Part shown: piece by piece, positions 59,331 to 64,000 of the stretch
How the letters are laid out: the number at the start of each line of letters is the position of its first letter
Position numbering within the stretch: position 1 is the first letter of the stretch
Source: the human T2T-CHM13v2.0 reference genome, Homo sapiens
Strand: one strand, 5' to 3'
NCBI RefSeq assembly: GCF_009914755.1
Contig: NC_060935.1
Length of the DNA: 64,000 bases
Translations under genes and position numbers: made by a program
The notes under the pieces: generated by a model
Told to the model about the DNA's origin: nothing
What the model saw: only the letters and a program-made list of their open reading frames with translations
Databases searched by the model: none

Positions 59331-59711
59331 CACTTAAAAAATTTTTTTAGCATAAAGAAAAATAAATACTAATGGCTATTTCAAAAGTGTTCCTGGACAC
59401 AAGAGTTTCCGTTTTATAGCAGAATAAGAAATTACCAATTTCTAACAGGAAATAAGCACATTCACATATGTCTGGTGCTAGATTCCTGTCTTGAATTATA
59501 CTAATATAAAGCAAATGGCAGGTCTGAAAATAGAATATGTATTTTGTTTGAATAATCCATTTTTATGATACACATTCAGTTATTACTCTTCCAAGGGAAC
59601 ACAATCCTTAGGTAATTATACAATAAAATAAATCTAGTCTGAAAATGTTACCATAAACCTAGAAAATCCAGATTTACAGGATTGCTTCTGGCTTATTGAT
59701 ATATGATTATT

Positions 59712-60017
59712 ATTATTTTTTTTTTCTTTTTTGAGACAGGATCTCACTCTGTCACCCAGGCTGGAGTGCAGTGGTGTGATCATGGCTTACTGCAGCCTTG
59801 ACCTCTAGGGCTCAAGCTATCCTCCGACCTCAGCATCCTGAATAGCTGGAACCATAGGCTTGCACCACCGTGACTGGCTATTTTTTTTTTTTTTTTAATT
59901 TTGTAGAGACGAGGTCTCTCTTTGTTGCTTAGGCTGGTCTTTAACTACTCAAGTGATCCTCTTACCTCGGTCTCCCAACATATCAGGGTCGCAGGTATGA
60001 GCCACAGCACATGGCCT
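59712..60017 (-). mobile_element. AluJ
   Basis: AluJ diagnostics (ATCATGGCTTACTGCAGCCTTGACCTC, GGCTCAAG); TSD TGATTATT. Confidence 0.92.
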
Positions 60018-60053
60018 GATTATTTCAAATTAATAAATCCATTATCGATAATC

Positions 60054-60603
60054 TGTAGTTTATAACAGTGGTTTGTCTGCCCAACACTTCCTTCCCATTC
60101 TGCTGCGGTGGAAGCCCCAGTGCTATTCCTCCTATTCCCTTCATATTGGAGGTGATGGTCAAAACAACAAACACTTCCCTCTGCTCTCCTTCCTTTTCCA
60201 GAGATAGATAGACACATGACCCAAACTAGATCAATCAGAGCTCTTCCCTTGGATTTTATATAATGGAAACTGGCGGAAAAGTACTCTCTGTCCGCTCATG
60301 AGGCTAAATTGTATAAAAGCCAGAAACAGCATTTGGTTATGATCTTAGATTTGTTGGTACAGCTGGTCTAAGAGAATGAAGTCACAACAGAGAAGTGGAG
60401 ATGAAAGACAACGAAAGAGAAAATAGAATGAGACCAGATCCGATGTGAAAACAAGAGGCCTGATGACTTTGGCATTCTTGCATCCAGTCATTATGAAACC
60501 ACTTCCACCTCATCTCTTTTTGAAGTTTGCTTCATGTACCCTTTCCACTTTTAGCTAATTGAACTAGTTTTCTGTAACTTGGCTCAGAATGAGTCTTAAC
60601 ACA
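60054..60603 (+). mobile_element. Ancient ERVL LTR (LTR33/LTR16-like)
   Basis: CACATGACCCAAACTAGATCAATCAGAG and terminal TTTTCTGTAACTTGG...GAGTCTTAAC motifs. Confidence 0.5.
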
Positions 60604-61315
60604 TTACACGTATATCCCAAAGCTATTATAAATTTACAAAATTTGCATGTTCAACAGTCTTTGTTTTAAAAAACACTGTTTTCATTGACTTTTCTAAGCC
60701 TGCGGTAGAATGTAGCTGTTCAAACTTTCCCATTGTCCAATCTCTTAAATATCAGTTCCACAAAAAACCTAAGACAAGTAATCTTCATGGAATATAAGAC
60801 AAAAAATAGTTGGAACTTGGAATAAATTGTTTGAAGCTATGGTGTTAAATGGATCTGTGACAATAAAGTTTTTCTTGTTTAAGAAAGTTAAATACATTAT
60901 TTTTGACATTAAACATCAATACCCTCTTGGAACTCTGACTTCGAATTTGACCTAAGCTACTATGGGGGCAACTGCAAAATCCCACAGATTTCCATTGACC
61001 AAGTAATTATAGTCACTTCCTTTTATGTAGCAATGTTATATCAAAGTGCTTTAAAATATAATTTGTTTAGCTTGTTCAAAAGGCCAGGAAGCATATATCA
61101 TCATTGCAATTTTTACTGTACTGACAACAGACCCTGTGCAAGGACACAAAGCTGATAAGTGGCTGTGCAAAATATAAAATGCAGGTCTATATTTCAAAGT
61201 TGAGTGTTCACTACAATTATCCTGAAGTATGGAATATAAAGGGTCACTTGTTATGTAGATGCTAACCAGCTAGAGTACTCGAAGCAACTGCACTGACAGT
61301 TACAAAAGATTTGAA

Positions 61316-62323
61316 GGCCAGGCGCAGTGGCTCACGCCTGTAATCCCAGCACTTTGGGAGGCTGAGGCGAGTGGATCACCTGAGGTCGGGAGTTCGAGAC
61401 CAGACTGACCAACATGGAGAAACCCCCTTCTGTGCTAAATATACAAAATTAGCTGGGCCTGGTGGCGCATGCCTGTAATCCAAGCTACTCAGGAGGCTGA
61501 GACAGGAGAATCACTTGAACCCTGTGAGAGGAGGTGCCAGGTGGGCTTCCTGGGTCGAGTAGGGGCTCAGAAAGCTGTGAAACTCACTCATTTCCTGCAT
61601 CAGGACTTACTTCAGTCCTGGATGAATAATATTGCAGATATATGCTTAAAATATTCCTAACACCAGGATTTGTGCATGTGTTTTCTTCCCCAAGAAAGCT
61701 ATAAACAGCAAAAATTTTGCTGTAAGTTTCCCTGTGTCCTCTCTCCCTTCCCCTCCTCTGAAACTAAAGTAAAAGGAATGTTAACTGCCCGTTTTTCTGT
61801 GACCAGTGGACCTTATCTATACTCCCAATTCCAATTCCTTGTAAACATACTTTGTAAAGTCCTGTAAGATCCTGTCTCCTTTGCCATGCCGCTGCAAGGT
61901 CATAAAGTAGATAAAACCTAAGTTGCAATTCCAGTTTTCCTCAAGATCTAAGACATGTCACAAATGGTTAATTGTCTTTGTTTCTCGCTCTGGTAACATC
62001 TTCCCACCCCACGTATTTCCCGCCTTAAGGAGTTTAAAAGGCAATCGTATAATCTAACTCTGGCTACCCGTTTGGGAACCCTTCCACGCTGTGGAAGCTT
62101 TGTACTTTCACTCTGCTCAGTAAAGCCTACAACTTTTTCCTCTCTCTCGGTCTGTGTCTCCATCACTTGCTGTGGTCAGCAGCCGCACCAATTCTTTGGT
62201 GTGCCTAGGCAAGGACCTTAGGCGTTATACCAGGAGGTGGAGGTTGCAGTGAGATCGCGCCATTGCACTCCTGCCTGGGAAACAAGAGCGAAACTCCGCC
62301 TCAAAAAAAAAAAAAAAAAAAAA
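61316..62323 (+). mobile_element. AluSp split by an LTR15-like solo LTR
   Basis: Left part to 61524, right part from 62230; TSD AAAAG(A/C)TTTGAA. Confidence 0.93.
61525..62229 (+). mobile_element. ERV1 solo LTR, LTR15-like (copy 2)
   Basis: 705 bp, colinear with 22800-23501; TSD CCTG/CCAG. Confidence 0.75.
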
Positions 62324-62696
62324 GCTTTGAATGATACATATTGAGGCTCAGATTACCTGCCATTCATATCACCTGTTGTGCATTGTAACCAAAGCTGAAG
62401 AACTGATACAGAAGTCATTTCAAGTTACCAATGCTTGTTGAATAGAACTACATTTTGAAATAAAAGGAAACCCAATTATTCTCTCTCTCTCTCTCTACTT
62501 ATTTTAAAAGTGATACAATGCCTACACATAAGCATTCCAAGCAATTTTGATGTAGTAGAAAAGTTATAGTCTCAGCTGAGCTATTAAATAACTACCTGAA
62601 CCAAGGCAAATTATTTAACATCTATTAAAAAATAAATATTGCTCTGAATACTTGTTAAAAATGAGAAGGAAGATTCTATTTAAGACTATGTGATAG

Positions 62697-62746
<50 letters not shown>

Positions 62747-62750
62747 GAGA
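62697..62750. repeat. (GA)n microsatellite
   Basis: Seen directly. Confidence 0.95.
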
Positions 62751-62874
62751 TATTGAACTCCATTCCACCGGAAAAAAAGAAAAGAGAATTTTTAAATTCT
62801 GGGATGAGTCAATGGAAAAGTCTTGGCAAATGTTAAGGGAGAAGCTTGGTCAATGTAATCAGGCCATCTATGTG

Positions 62875-63159
62875 TTTGCAAACTGTCCCTTCTGGAAGTT
62901 ATGATCCTATAATCTCATAGAGACTGAGAGACAGGAGACCTATCTTTCTTGATGATTACAATTCAAGGGAATTATTACTAGGTCCTTGAGAAAGATGTTC
63001 CTGAGTTGTAGAAGACTGACATCTCAAAGGGTCAGAGAAAGAATTTACAATTGCAAATTTTCTAAAGTAAATACTCAAAGAAAAGAGAGGTCCGGAGCCT
63101 ATAGTCAGGAAGAAGCCTGTATAGTCAGGCCGAGGGTAATGTTAAGCCCTTCTTGGTCA
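62875..63159 (-). mobile_element. MER34-like ERV1 LTR fragment
   Basis: AGGTCCTTGAGAAAGA...ACATCTCAAAGGG.CAGAGAAAGAATTTACAATT...TCTTGGTCA. Confidence 0.6.
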
Positions 63160-63414
63160 CTATATTCCTTAGTATATTTACATAGAGAGTAAGAATAAAG
63201 TTAATTAGTTTACATATTTATTGAGACAATTGAGTAAAAAAATTATGAAATTTCTTAACAAATAGAAGTATCAATATAAATCTAATGGAGTTAATATCCT
63301 ATAACAATCAATATTATTATAATACAGAAGTAAGATGTGAATCAACAAAATTAGCTCTGTTCACCCGTATTTTCAACCCTCTTGGCTATCTTTAGAGTTT
63401 TGACATTTTACAAG

Positions 63415-63837
63415 CTATGGGAATGTGAGGAGAGGAACTACACTGGAAACAAAGATTGTCTTATTATGCAGATAAAGTCTCTCAGGTAGCAGCCCTCAGA
63501 AGACTGAGTGAAAAGTCTATCTGGGCATAAGCTCCTGGGCGTGGAGACCCTTAGTTTCCTCCCCTTCCCCTACAATAGGACTTAATCTTCTCTGGTTAAT
63601 GTTAACTCCAGGGAGCAGGGTTCATGACAATGGGATTCTTCCTGAGGAACTTCCCTCAGTCAGACAAGGGAAATTTCACAGACAGCCCCTCCCTGTGCTT
63701 CAGGAGAGAAAGAGAACGGAGAGACAGAGGAGTAGGGGAAGGTCAGAGAGATCTTGGTTCTGAGACTGCTTTTTCAGTTCTAAGTATTTAGTATGTCAAA
63801 GCTCCATACTTTGGGGTGTCATTTTCCAAGCCCACAA
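63415..63837 (-). mobile_element. MER4-group ERV1 LTR fragment (MER39/MER67-like)
   Basis: TTATGCAGATAAAGTCTCTCAGGTAGCAGCCCTCAGAAGA...GGAAGGTCAGAGAGA...CCATACTTTGGGGTGTCATTTTC. Confidence 0.55.
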
Positions 63838-64000
63838 CTGCCTGTTTTCTGTCCAAAATGATTTTACAGGCAAATTATTTTTTGCACATATTTAAGAACA
63901 AATAATTTACATGATATGTAAAAATGATGGAAAGCTTTTCAACTCATGTTATGACTCTGGCATAATCCTAAAAGTTAAATTTTAAAAAAAATTATAGCAG

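Overview
This is AT-rich primate genomic DNA (AluY/S/J, L1PA4/5 and THE1A imply a catarrhine, probably human). It reads as intronic or intergenic. I cannot support any host protein-coding exon, RNA gene, CpG island or CRISPR array, and almost all long ORFs in the track derive from Alu, L1 or LTR sequence. The window is dominated by nested retroelements. The centrepiece is an MST (MaLR) provirus (15845-25803) inflated to ~10 kb by two Alus, a full-length L1PA5-like LINE and an LTR15-like solo LTR. The most interesting signals are: (i) an intact antisense ORF0 in the L1 that runs 187 codons out of the element into LTR/Alu sequence; (ii) a patchwork of locally templated direct and inverted copies around an MLT1E/MSTC composite (28.2-31.3 kb), resembling a break-repair scar; (iii) perfect-identity tracts between distant same-family repeats, suggesting in-cis gene conversion; (iv) a 17-bp expansion in the ZNF93-targeted L1 5'UTR segment; (v) a MER41B with a retained GAS site. 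I found no convincing new multi-gene system. Repeat subfamily names come from my recall of consensus sequences and need RepeatMasker/Dfam confirmation.
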